DNA of 61,612 nucleotides, counting the filler, from a bacterium (lineage in GTDB: Bacteria; JACRDZ01; JAQUKH01), in assembly GCA_028719205.1 (NCBI GenBank). It is 3 parts of 3 records of this genome, joined end to end, with 100 filler letters (N's around TTAATTAATTAA, not from the genome) between each part and the next. Parts side by side here need not be neighbours in the genome. Positions count along the whole stretch, not along the records: positions 42,739 to 61,612 come from JAQUKH010000040.1; 2 more parts are not named here. One strand, given 5' to 3'. This document shows positions 48,944 through 58,313 of this stretch, in pieces. Under the pieces are notes generated by a model. That model saw nothing but the letters and a program-made list of their open reading frames with translations. It made no database searches and was not told where the DNA came from. The position numbers were made by a program, and so were the translations under genes. Each line of letters starts with the position of its first letter. Position 1 is the first letter of the stretch.

Positions 48944-49665
48944 ACCTTTCTCCCCGTTAATTTCAAATAAATCTCTTCCATGCTCCCGCCATATTTTTCC
49001 ATAAGTTCAGAAGGCGAAGCAACATCCATAATCTTTCCTTCATCCATAATCGCCACCCTGTCACAAAGTTTTACCGCTTCTTCCATATAATGCGTGGTTA
49101 AAATGAGAGTGGTATTTTTTGATTTAAGATAATTTAATCTTTCCCAGACATAGATCCGGCTGTAAGGGTCAAGCCCCACGGTCGGTTCATCCAAAATCAA
49201 AAGATCGGGATTATTTATCAATGCCCTTGCCAATATAAGCCTGTGTTTCATTCCTCCCGAAAGCGCGTTTATATTGACATCCGCCTTTGATTCCAATTCA
49301 ATGAACTTAAGTAATTCCCGCGCGCGCGCTAACGATTCTTTTTTTGGAATATTAAAATATCTGGCATAAACAATAAGATTTTCCAATACACTAAGATCCG
49401 GATCCAGATTTTCTTCCTGCGGGACAACTCCGATCCTTGCTTTGACCTCACTCGGCTTTTCCATGACATTCATATCAAACACCCTGACTTCTCCCGAGGT
49501 CGGAGGCATAAAACAATATATTATTCCCATTATTGTAGTTTTGCCCGCGCCATTGGGCCCGAGGAAACCAAAACATTCGCCTTTTTTTATTTCGAGATCG
49601 ATATTATCGACTGCCCGCAGGGAATCATAATCTTTGCTGACGCCTTTTATTCTAACAATATTCAT
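48940..49665 (-). CDS. ABC exporter ATP-binding subunit (NodI-like)
   Basis: GPNGAGKT, LSGGM, LDEPT, TTHYMEEA. Confidence 0.9.
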   Translation of the reverse strand: MNIVRIKGVSKDYDSLRAVDNIDLEIKKGECFGFLGPNGAGKTTIMGIIYCFMPPTSGEVRVFDMNVMEKPSEVKARIGVVPQEENLDPDLSVLENLIVYARYFNIPKKESLARARELLKFIELESKADVNINALSGGMKHRLILARALINNPDLLILDEPTVGLDPYSRIYVWERLNYLKSKNTTLILTTHYMEEAVKLCDRVAIMDEGKIMDVASPSELMEKYGGSMEEIYLKLTGRKV

Positions 49666-49906
49666 AATTTTTTACCTACAAGTTTTTTATCCATAGTATT
49701 CATCCACTTCCCATTCCAGAGGATTATTTACAATATATTCCCTGACACTTTTTAAATCATTTTCATCACGAATAACGTGTTCGTAATAATTTCTCTGCCA
49801 TATTCGTTTATCAAACGGTTTCCAATTATTTAATTTAACACCATCAATATATTTTTTCGTTGTCAATGATTTAAATCGTTCCAAAACATTCAATAATGAC
49901 AATCCC

Positions 49907-49932
49907 GTAGGAGCAACTCCCCGTGATTGCCC
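49907..49932 (+). repeat. GTAG-type REP (inside RAYT)
   Basis: GTAGGAGCAACTCCCCGTGATTGCCC. Confidence 0.8.
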
Positions 49933-49986
49933 TCTTTTACTCTGTTTCTCCTCTTCCCATTCGGTTTTATGCCATCCTCCGGTTCA

Positions 49987-50012
49987 GGGCGGCCACAGGG
50001 AACCGCCCCTAC
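49987..50012 (-). repeat. GTAG-type REP (inside RAYT)
   Basis: Reverse complement GTAGGGGCGGTTCCCTGTGGCCGCCC. Confidence 0.8.
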
Positions 50013-50297
50013 AATTACAATTCCATGGATATGATTCGGCATTATTTGAAATTCATCGATATCAATTCCATCATAATATTTTGGTATTTCATCCCAAATA
50101 TTAAAAATCATCTGCCCAGCATTATTCAATATCATCTTCTTGTTCACAATATCACCAAATAAATAGGACCGTTCATTTACACATATCGTCACAAAATAAT
50201 ACCCCCCATCTGAATAATCAAAATCTTTTAACCTAATGGAACGCCTGTAATGAATGTCGGGATTGTATTTCATGTGTTCTGCTAACCTGTTTGCAAT

Positions 50298-50323
50298 GTA
50301 GGGGCAACTCCCCGTGGTTGCCC
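50298..50323 (+). repeat. GTAG-type REP upstream of RAYT
   Basis: GTAGGGGCAACTCCCCGTGGTTGCCC; 24/26 identical to the copy at 49907. Confidence 0.85.
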
Positions 50324-50336
50324 GTTTTTTTTCCTT

Positions 50337-53300
50337 TCAATCATTCTTAAAATATAAACTTATCTTATCAAAAACATCCTTCGGAATCAAATATTTGCTG
50401 GTAGCAATTTTTTCTACTGCCCAATTAACCGCAGAATCCTTATGGTTATATATACTTGCAAGCAAAATTATCATAATTGGTGCAATATACTTTTCATGGA
50501 GACTAACAGATTTGAGACTTTTTGCTCCATCCATCAATGTATGAACAACTATTAGATCATGTTCATTAAGTCTATTCCATTGAAGTCCTTTCCAAAAATT
50601 ATAAAGATAATTTCCAATAGCTTCCAATTCTTTAAGATCTTGATTTGACAAAGAAATTGCTTTAATCATTTCCAATTGTTTATCTGAAATATCTTTTATA
50701 CTTTTACTAAATTCTGGATAAATAAAACAAAGTTCATGTGCACTTATTACAGTTACATCATAGTTATTTGATTCAATAGCTTTTTTATAAGCATCATCCC
50801 ATAAATAATATCTTTCACTTTTTACTATTAAATTTTCGGTTAATTGTGCTTCTCTTAAATAAATTTCTGCCAGCCACCAGGCTAAATTATCTTTGTTTGC
50901 TTTTTTTATCTCGGACTCTATTTCAGTCAATAACATGATAAATTCTTTTCTGTTTATCTCATCCAATTCTGGCATAATATTATCAAAAGCTGAAAATACC
51001 ATATGTGATGAGTTTCTCAAACTCCATTGAGAATTTTTTACAGAAATACCTCTAATAATTGAATTTCTAATTTCTTTTTTGCTACCATTTGGTAATATCC
51101 CAGATAAAAAACTATTAATAACTAAAAGACTGGGATCAAAACTTAATTTGATTATAGCCTCAGAATTTATGGACATTCGAAGACATTTTATTTTTCGACT
51201 TATATTTCCTAAATGTCCATACAGTTCACCTAAAATATAAAAGGCCAATAACCCATCAGCTCTGGGTTTAGCGATACCTAACACTCTTGTATATACATTT
51301 TTTTCAAATTCAGGGGAATACATCCCAGCAGCTAAATTAATGGACCTATTTTCTAATTGAGCGGTAAGTCTTTCTAAATGTGCAACTACAACAGTAACTG
51401 CCGGGCCAAAAGATATTTTTTTATTTACATAATATCGTCGACACATCCATTCGGCAATTCTAACAAATTCATAGTATTTACCTAACTGAACTAATGTCAC
51501 CCCTCTTTCCCCTTCACTTCTAGCACATGAATCTTCATATCCTAGGAAATTAAAAGTAGCACTGGCCTCTCTAAGATATTTCTCGGATTCACTCGGTTCA
51601 GTAGAAATCAAGCCTAATTTGTAAATTGCCCATGCATAATCAAATGTCTTTTTATTTTTTCCTTGGCAGACCAATGATCTTAAATATGCAATCCTAGCAT
51701 TACTATAATCATTCATAAGATAATAAATATCGCCCTGTAACAGCTTTAACACATTTTCAACAGATTGATATAATAATTGATTTTCTTGGCATAAGTTTAT
51801 TGCTTTTTCTACATATTTTACTGCTGATTCTGTGTCTTTTTTTTCTAACGCATACTGTGCCCTAACAGTATTTTCTAAAATTGCCCCAAATGGATTTCCC
51901 AAAGGTAAATAATCCATTATTTCATCAATTTCAATTTGTTCATTTTTAGCTTTTACCCCTAAGTGTAAAGCAATGGATACTATAATAGCTATACCTGCTT
52001 CGTCTTTTAAATTAACACTATTAATAATTTTATTTAATATATTTTTGTCTATACCTTTTAAAGGCAATTTTAAAATAGCATTTTTAAGAACATTCAGTAT
52101 ATTTAATTGCTTAATAGAATAGTCTTTATTCATTTTATTAAAATCTATTTCAGATAATGCTTCGATAGATTTAATTGGATCATCTTTGGAAAGCAAAAGC
52201 ATCTTTAATCCTTTAGAGTATTTTATAAATAATTCAAAATATTCTTCCTTATTTTTATCAACATATTTTATATCTGGCATTTTAATCTTATTCAACACAA
52301 TAATGGCTTTTCCATAGACCTCAATACGGACATAGGCAAAAGACAGTGAAATTAATGCTTTATAATACTTAATTAATGTGTCAGAATCATTCGGACAATT
52401 TATTGCGCTTATTATTTCTATACGATCAATGATAACGTTAAGTTCTCTTTTGGACACGTTTTTATCGATCGCTGTTTTTAATAAAACTGTGGACCAATGG
52501 AAAGCGTCTTTAAATTTTTTAGCTAACAAAGCATAAACTATACCATCTGATATTTCATTAGCATTTAATATATTATTTATTGGTTTTAAAAGCTCATTAC
52601 TAACAGCTTCAAAAATCTCCTGTTGTAGTTGTGTATCTTTTGTTTTTTCATTTGCAACTTTTTTATATACATATGCAATAACGTATCCCTGCCTTTCATC
52701 CCCTTCTATGACTGTTCCTCTAAGTTTATCCAAAATAAGACTAAAAGGTTTAACTATTTTAGGATCAATTTTATCAACGATAATTTGCATAACCCTAGTA
52801 TTTGCTCGATAAATAAGTTGTGACAGTCTAAGAACAAACAATAAAGAATCATTATCTGTTAAAATATCTTCGAATAGCAGATTTTTCACATCTGCGGCTA
52901 GGTCTTCATCAACCATAGATAGCTGAAAATTAGACGAGAATAATTCAGTTATTGATAAATATTTTCTTGCTAAAGCTACTGCCACAAGAGGATGACCTCC
53001 ACTCATTGCTTCAAGCATTTCCAAATACTTATCGTTTTTCTCATACGAATATTCTGATAATTTTTCAGATAATATTTTTTTGATTTCTTCTCTTGTCCAT
53101 GGAGGGGATGATAATTCATTTGATATTGACTGACATAAATGTTTTAAAGTTTTATTACTCAGGAAAACTACTCCAACAAAATTTATCAGATCCAATTTCT
53201 TTATTTTAGCTAACATAAAATGAAGTTTTTTTAATTCATCTTCAGGAATATATTCTGCATTATCCAAAACGTATACTGTAGGCAGAAATGATTTATACTT

Positions 53301-54320
53301 TAGGCTGTTTGCATCTATCGATTCTAAACTGGAAATACCTTCGGATATTTCTGTGGCTTTTTCTGGAGGAAGAAAAATGTTCCAAATATCTCTGGAAATA
53401 ACTTTTCCTAATGATATGTTTTCAATTTTGTCAAAAGGACAATCAAACCATTTCACATTTAAACTTTTTGATTCCCAATATTTTGCACATTGAGCAACTA
53501 AATATGTTTTTCCGATTTTGGGAACACCTAATATACTTTGTATTTTCCCTATAGGATTTAAAATTAGAAAATTCTCCGGTATATATCTCTCAATATTTCC
53601 CGGTTTAGGAATTGGGAATCTTTCGAATTTTGATTTTAATTCATCTATTTTACTTAATGCATAAGTTCTAGCTTCTTTTTCATCTAAGTAATATTTGTCA
53701 ATTGCATCTTTTGCAAATTTTAATGCACTCTCCATTGGAATTGGTGTCTTTTGATAAAGCTCTACAGCTAACTTATTTTTACTTGCTTCTAGAAAATTAT
53801 TTATTCTTTCATTAATATCTGGAAAATACTTCTTGAAAATATTTTGGAAAACTAAATTGCTTAAATTATCAGATAATACTTTTTCTATTTCACTAACATT
53901 TATTAACACAATTAAAGCTCTTGTTTTTTCTTTCGCATACAAAATTATTTCAGTTTTCGCATTTGCATTACTTGTCGAAATTTCTTGATTTGAGCATAAA
54001 ACTATTTCTTGAACATTACTAAGGGTTTTAATACATTTATCTATATCTTCACAAGGCTTCCATTTACTTATATCTTTGGGCTTTTTCCAATAATCATCCT
54101 CCGTACTACATTGGACTGCAATTTGCTCCCCATTTCCAAAAGTTTTGATTAAATCTGGTGTTCCCTTTCTAGTCTGCCCATCTGCTGTTCCTCCATGTCG
54201 TTCCAAGCCTCCATAATTTCTATTATAAAGAGGCAAGTAATCAAGGCAAAAAGATTGCAAAGTACCCGCTTCCATTGATTTTAATGTATCTGACATTTCT
54301 TTAATCAATACTTGGCTCAT
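50337..54320 (-). CDS. Large putative nuclease-STAND NTPase-TPR protein (Avs-like)
   Basis: N-terminal GTPD...IAVQCS (PD-(D/E)xK-like), P-loop GVPKIGKT, Walker B YVLDNAE, SGGHPL GxP motif, long helical TPR-like C-terminus; very AT-rich. Confidence 0.65.
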   Translation of the reverse strand: MSQVLIKEMSDTLKSMEAGTLQSFCLDYLPLYNRNYGGLERHGGTADGQTRKGTPDLIKTFGNGEQIAVQCSTEDDYWKKPKDISKWKPCEDIDKCIKTLSNVQEIVLCSNQEISTSNANAKTEIILYAKEKTRALIVLINVSEIEKVLSDNLSNLVFQNIFKKYFPDINERINNFLEASKNKLAVELYQKTPIPMESALKFAKDAIDKYYLDEKEARTYALSKIDELKSKFERFPIPKPGNIERYIPENFLILNPIGKIQSILGVPKIGKTYLVAQCAKYWESKSLNVKWFDCPFDKIENISLGKVISRDIWNIFLPPEKATEISEGISSLESIDANSLKYKSFLPTVYVLDNAEYIPEDELKKLHFMLAKIKKLDLINFVGVVFLSNKTLKHLCQSISNELSSPPWTREEIKKILSEKLSEYSYEKNDKYLEMLEAMSGGHPLVAVALARKYLSITELFSSNFQLSMVDEDLAADVKNLLFEDILTDNDSLLFVLRLSQLIYRANTRVMQIIVDKIDPKIVKPFSLILDKLRGTVIEGDERQGYVIAYVYKKVANEKTKDTQLQQEIFEAVSNELLKPINNILNANEISDGIVYALLAKKFKDAFHWSTVLLKTAIDKNVSKRELNVIIDRIEIISAINCPNDSDTLIKYYKALISLSFAYVRIEVYGKAIIVLNKIKMPDIKYVDKNKEEYFELFIKYSKGLKMLLLSKDDPIKSIEALSEIDFNKMNKDYSIKQLNILNVLKNAILKLPLKGIDKNILNKIINSVNLKDEAGIAIIVSIALHLGVKAKNEQIEIDEIMDYLPLGNPFGAILENTVRAQYALEKKDTESAVKYVEKAINLCQENQLLYQSVENVLKLLQGDIYYLMNDYSNARIAYLRSLVCQGKNKKTFDYAWAIYKLGLISTEPSESEKYLREASATFNFLGYEDSCARSEGERGVTLVQLGKYYEFVRIAEWMCRRYYVNKKISFGPAVTVVVAHLERLTAQLENRSINLAAGMYSPEFEKNVYTRVLGIAKPRADGLLAFYILGELYGHLGNISRKIKCLRMSINSEAIIKLSFDPSLLVINSFLSGILPNGSKKEIRNSIIRGISVKNSQWSLRNSSHMVFSAFDNIMPELDEINRKEFIMLLTEIESEIKKANKDNLAWWLAEIYLREAQLTENLIVKSERYYLWDDAYKKAIESNNYDVTVISAHELCFIYPEFSKSIKDISDKQLEMIKAISLSNQDLKELEAIGNYLYNFWKGLQWNRLNEHDLIVVHTLMDGAKSLKSVSLHEKYIAPIMIILLASIYNHKDSAVNWAVEKIATSKYLIPKDVFDKISLYFKND

Positions 54321-54443
54321 TAATTTTTCCTAAATAATTATTTAATAAATTCCTACTTTTTTGACATACTAACTAACCCTACAATAATATTAACAACTCC
54401 CCTGTTTAACCTTCCCTTTTGTATATATCACATACATAAATTC

Positions 54444-54469
54444 GGGCAGGCACGGGAACCTGCCACTAC
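54444..54469 (-). repeat. GTAG-type REP
   Basis: Reverse complement GTAGTGGCAGGTTCCCGTGCCTGCCC. Confidence 0.7.
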
Positions 54470-54597
54470 AATCCATACCCGTATATTTTAAATAATCATG
54501 GAATAAACATAATAATCGTGTAAATATATTCATACGCCCGAACAATTCAAATTCCCAGTTTATTTTGGATTCATTTCGGGTTAAAATATACACCTTA

Positions 54598-55671
54598 TTA
54601 TTTCTTCTTTTTTCCATCCCCGATTAACTCCGCCTCAATATCTTTAATTGAAGGGAGGCTGGATTTGAATTTTTTAGGCAAAGATTGCGTTAACCAGTAT
54701 TCTGAAACGCCGATTGGTTTTTTAATGTCGCTTAATGCGTATTCTACTACAACTTTATCTTTGGTTTTGCAGATGATTATACCAATCGTTGGCCGGTCTG
54801 ATTCGCTTTTTAACTGGCGATCTACTGCTGTTACATAGAAATTTAATTTGCCGGCGAACTCCGGCTGAAACGCTATTGTTTTGAGTTCTATCACCACATA
54901 ACAGCGAAGTTTTAAATGATAAAAAAGCAAATCTATATAAAAATCACTTTTACCAACATTCAATGGGACTTGCCGGCCCACATAAGCAAAACCGGTACCC
55001 AATTCCAACAAAAATTTTGTTATATGCCCTACAAGAGCATTTTCCAAATCTTTTTCATTGTATTGTTCGGTTAAACTTAATAAATCAAAAATATACGGAT
55101 CTTTAAGTGTTTGTATAGCCAAGTCAGATTGAGGCGCTGGAAGGGTTCGGGAAAAATTGCTGACCGCTTTTCCCTCCCTGCGAAAAAGCCCCCATTCTAT
55201 CTGATGCACGAGTACCGCACGGCTCCAGTTGTGCTTAAGAGTATTTTGCACATAAAACATAGCTTCTTTGATATTTTTGCATTTGGTAATGATGACAATA
55301 TTATGCCCCCATGGTATCTGAGTAATTTGTGCAACAGCCTGTTGCACAAATTGTCCAACAAGTTGTTGGACAATTGTATTTTTTTGGCTATAAAACAGGT
55401 ACCACTTTTGGACATACATAAGGTTTCTTCGGGAGAATCCTTTCATGTCAGTGAATTCGGACGATAAATCTTTGCTTAACTGATCAATCAAACCATCGCC
55501 CCATTTGGCCTCAGACTGTTTATTAACAATATCCGCGCCAAGTTCCCAATAAAACATTAAAAGCTCTGTATTTACTTTTACAGCGGCCTTAAGCTGTGCC
55601 TGTCGAACCCGGGCTTTAATAGCAGACAGCCATTTTATATAATTTTGATCATGCCTTAACTCAAGTTTCAT
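54598..55671 (-). CDS. YhcG/DUF1016 family PD-(D/E)xK nuclease-like protein
   Basis: VNTEL..YWELG, GFSRRNL, KDPYIFD, FLLELGTGFAYVGRQ, IDLLFYH..VVIELK. Confidence 0.92.
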   Translation of the reverse strand: MKLELRHDQNYIKWLSAIKARVRQAQLKAAVKVNTELLMFYWELGADIVNKQSEAKWGDGLIDQLSKDLSSEFTDMKGFSRRNLMYVQKWYLFYSQKNTIVQQLVGQFVQQAVAQITQIPWGHNIVIITKCKNIKEAMFYVQNTLKHNWSRAVLVHQIEWGLFRREGKAVSNFSRTLPAPQSDLAIQTLKDPYIFDLLSLTEQYNEKDLENALVGHITKFLLELGTGFAYVGRQVPLNVGKSDFYIDLLFYHLKLRCYVVIELKTIAFQPEFAGKLNFYVTAVDRQLKSESDRPTIGIIICKTKDKVVVEYALSDIKKPIGVSEYWLTQSLPKKFKSSLPSIKDIEAELIGDGKKKK

Positions 55672-55788
55672 ATAACCTGACCTTTCCCCGTTTAGTGGAT
55701 ATTAGAAATACAAACATTTCTCAATATTATAACTTGTTTTTTCCATTTGTTAAAGCTATAATCAAAACAATAATTTTTGGGTTCTCAT

Positions 55789-56598
55789 ATGCTTAATTAC
55801 AAAGAAAAGATAAATTTAAATTTCTCAAAAGCCGCATTAAATTATGACCGCGAAGCCGTATTTCAACAGGAAACAGGCCGGCTTCTTGTTGATATTATCA
55901 GAAAAGAAAAACCAAGGGCGGATACTATTCTTGACCTGGGAACCGGAACCGGATTTTTAATCGACAAGATATCAAACTTTTATCCAAAGGCGCAAATATA
56001 CGGGCTTGATATAGCCTCCGGGATGGTGGAAATAGCTGAAAAAAAATTTAAGGACAAAAAAAACATATCTATAATTGAAGGAGATATTGACGCTTTGCCT
56101 TTTCCACGAAACTCTTTTGACCTGATTATCTCAAACGCTTCTCTTCAATGGTGCGCGCCATTCGACGCGCGCAAAGATCTGGAAAATACATTTAAAGGAA
56201 TCGCTGATGTATTAAAAGAGGATGGAGTTTTTTACGCGAATTTATTCGGGGAAAAAACTTTTAACGAATTAAGATCTTCGCTGAAAACTTTAGATCTGAT
56301 TTATCCGTTAAATTTTTTAGCAAAAAATGCTTTACACGATCTGCTAAAAAAATCCGGCTTTATTTCTCATATCGAATCAAAACTATTTTATAAATATTAT
56401 CCTGACCTGATGACTTTTTTAAAAAAAGTAAAAGAGATCGGCGCGGGGAATATAACTCCGTTAAAGGACAATCTCGGGCAGAGAAAATTATTATCTGATC
56501 TGGATAAAGAATATACTGAAAATTTTAAAGACAAAAAAGGATTAAAGGTAACTTACGAATTAATCACCTTTAAAACAAAAAAGGCCGGTCATTTCTGA
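55789..56598 (+). CDS. bioC: Malonyl-ACP O-methyltransferase BioC-like
   Basis: FSKAALNYD..A..Q, ILDLGTGTG, DLIISNASLQW, KEIGA, VTYE. Confidence 0.8.
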   Translation: MLNYKEKINLNFSKAALNYDREAVFQQETGRLLVDIIRKEKPRADTILDLGTGTGFLIDKISNFYPKAQIYGLDIASGMVEIAEKKFKDKKNISIIEGDIDALPFPRNSFDLIISNASLQWCAPFDARKDLENTFKGIADVLKEDGVFYANLFGEKTFNELRSSLKTLDLIYPLNFLAKNALHDLLKKSGFISHIESKLFYKYYPDLMTFLKKVKEIGAGNITPLKDNLGQRKLLSDLDKEYTENFKDKKGLKVTYELITFKTKKAGHF

Positions 56599-56605
56599 CC
56601 GGCCT
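56577..56605 (-). terminator. Rho-independent terminator between convergent genes
   Basis: AGGCCGGTCA-TTTC-TGACCGGCCT with a preceding A-run (U-tract on the minus strand). Confidence 0.75.
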
Positions 56606-56628
56606 CTGAAACTTTACATATTATTAGA

Positions 56629-57168
56629 TTATCTTTTGGTAAGCGAATAAGTTCCTACAGTAAAATAAGTTCTAGCATTACTGCCTGTGACAATAGTATC
56701 AGATCTGTAATTCCCGGTTAAGGTATTTCCGCTTATTGTTCCACTGACTTTTGTAGTAGTTGTCCATGAACTATTACCGGTTGAACCTGTTTGTGTCAAA
56801 TCCATACCTAAATTATTTCCAGTAACTTGTCCAGCAGTTATTGTGGAGTTATTTGTTAAACCGGTGCCAAACTCCTGTGTAAAACCTGTCCCGGTAATAA
56901 AATTATTTGTCTGATTAAAAGTATAACGAAGTGTTCCACTTCCAATATGTCCCATATTATCAGTAGTAAAATTATCAGTATATGTCCCTTCCCATGTACC
57001 GCTTACACCAGCAGTCGTACCTACTGTAGTACCACCTGTTGCTCCGCCTGTATTTGATGTATTATTGTTATTAGTGTTTCCTGTCCCCGGTATTTCGCAT
57101 CCCAGGCTTATAAAAAGAATTGCCAGCAACAAGCACTTTAATCCTAAATATTTCACTTTATTCTTCAT
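56629..57168 (-). CDS. Lipoprotein, G/T/N-rich, one beta-rich domain
   Basis: Lipobox ISLG-C, Gly/Thr linker, VSGTWEGTY domain; SD GGGAGG. Confidence 0.7.
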   Translation of the reverse strand: MKNKVKYLGLKCLLLAILFISLGCEIPGTGNTNNNNTSNTGGATGGTTVGTTAGVSGTWEGTYTDNFTTDNMGHIGSGTLRYTFNQTNNFITGTGFTQEFGTGLTNNSTITAGQVTGNNLGMDLTQTGSTGNSSWTTTTKVSGTISGNTLTGNYRSDTIVTGSNARTYFTVGTYSLTKR

Positions 57169-57232
57169 TTTTTCCTCCCTGTTCTTCTTGGTATATATCC
57201 TAAATGTTTAAAATCGTAAATATGAAATACTT

Positions 57233-58153
57233 TTATTTTTCTTCTTTTAAATAATCATCTTTTGTTACACCGCTGGCATCTGTTTCAGCAATGGAAAATT
57301 TTTTTTCAACCTTAATTATTTTAGCCGTTCCGATTTTCTTTTCTTCAGAACCAAGAGAAACTCCGCTCTCTGGATCAATAAGTTCTTCCGATTTGCGGAA
57401 AATAGCCACTACCCGTCCTGTTTTCTCACCGTTTTCTTCTCCGGAATTAAGATATATCTGATTGCCATCAATTTTTATGATTCTCGCCGTCCATGGTTCG
57501 CTGCTTTCAGACGCAACAATATCTTTGGCTGCCATATCAACCGCCTTGCGAACTGCTTTACCAATAACCGTCTCATCAAAACCGTCTTTCCCGAAATCCA
57601 CGCTGGGGGCTACGTCCAGATCGATCGAAACACCTGTACTCTTCTCTTCTCCCTCACCCTTCACCGCTTTAAGTATCTCCGCTGTTGTAGTATTTATCAT
57701 CCTCAAATCCATCGCGACGACAGCCTTATTGGTCTTTGTGTCAACACCGCCTCCAAAAGGAAGCACTCGCCCGAGATTTCCAACACCAAGCTTGCTTTCT
57801 TTTATCCCAAATTCCGTTACACTGCCGGTAATTATATAAGAAACTCCCAGCACCTGGCCTATTTTGGCCGCCGTCTGGGCACTAACCGCACCGCTCTGAC
57901 CAAGAGATTGTTCATTCATAACCTTCTGCAGCTGTTCCCTTTCAATAACAATAAATTTATTGGATTTTACGAGCGCCGTCACGAGCATATCCGACATCCC
58001 GCTGCCTACATTATGCCAACCACCATGTTGCCCCTGTGTTTTATCTTCAAGATCCATAACACAGATTTTTTTCTTACCGGCAGCATACAATGGTTGAATC
58101 AACAACATTAAAACAGCTAACACTACAACTGGCCTTACAAAATTTTTCATCAT
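57233..58153 (-). CDS. CsgG/HfaB-family protein with FlgT-like C-terminal domain
   Basis: GMSDMLVTALVKSNKFIVIERE.L..V..EQ.L, IITGSVTEFG, DLRMINTTTAEI, LIDPESG.SLG. Confidence 0.8.
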   Translation of the reverse strand: MMKNFVRPVVVLAVLMLLIQPLYAAGKKKICVMDLEDKTQGQHGGWHNVGSGMSDMLVTALVKSNKFIVIEREQLQKVMNEQSLGQSGAVSAQTAAKIGQVLGVSYIITGSVTEFGIKESKLGVGNLGRVLPFGGGVDTKTNKAVVAMDLRMINTTTAEILKAVKGEGEEKSTGVSIDLDVAPSVDFGKDGFDETVIGKAVRKAVDMAAKDIVASESSEPWTARIIKIDGNQIYLNSGEENGEKTGRVVAIFRKSEELIDPESGVSLGSEEKKIGTAKIIKVEKKFSIAETDASGVTKDDYLKEEK

Positions 58154-58221
58154 TCTGCTTATCTCCTTTTCAAATTTTCAAAAAGAAATCACTCAGATAA
58201 TTCTGATACAAATGTTTTTAA

Positions 58222-58250
58222 ATTATACTTAAAGGAATTACTGTTGTCAA
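58222..58250 (-). promoter_or_regulatory. Consensus sigma70 promoter for the csgG-like gene
   Basis: Perfect TTGACA-N17-TATAAT on the minus strand. Confidence 0.75.
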
Positions 58251-58258
58251 CATTAAAC

Positions 58259-58289
58259 AAAAAAAGCCGGCCATTTCCACGGCCGGCTT
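58259..58289 (-). terminator. Rho-independent terminator
   Basis: AAGCCGGCC-N8-GGCCGGCTT with an A-run (U-tract on the minus strand). Confidence 0.7.
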
Positions 58290-58313
58290 ATAATTTATAA
58301 TTCTTATTACTGA

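Larger units (their letters stand above)
49687..50273 (-). pseudogene. REP-associated tyrosine transposase (RAYT, Y1 HUH), frameshifted
   Basis: RRSIRL..DYS..YFVTIC and MPNHIHG (HUH) lie in one frame; GQSRGVAPTGLSL..RFKS, WQRNYYEHVIR and YIVNNP lie in the -1 frame. Confidence 0.85.

Noticed and set aside
48188-49665. Nodulation factor export (nodIJ)
   Set aside because: Generic ABC-2 exporter family; no nodABC genes.
54390-54617. 75-aa ORF between yhcG and the Avs-like gene
   Set aside because: It runs through a REP and has no recognisable motif; likely spurious.
55322-55378. VQQLVGQF/VQQAVAQI internal repeat in YhcG
   Set aside because: A variable short repeat at this position is common in the family; not novel.
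36233-56598. bioF-bioC biotin cluster
   Set aside because: The two genes are about 18 kb apart on different contigs, with no bioA/B/D nearby. BioF function for the AOS is not excluded but is unsupported by context.
306-58111. Numerous short antisense or alternate-frame ORFs in the track
   Set aside because: They overlap well-supported genes and are shadow ORFs without motifs.
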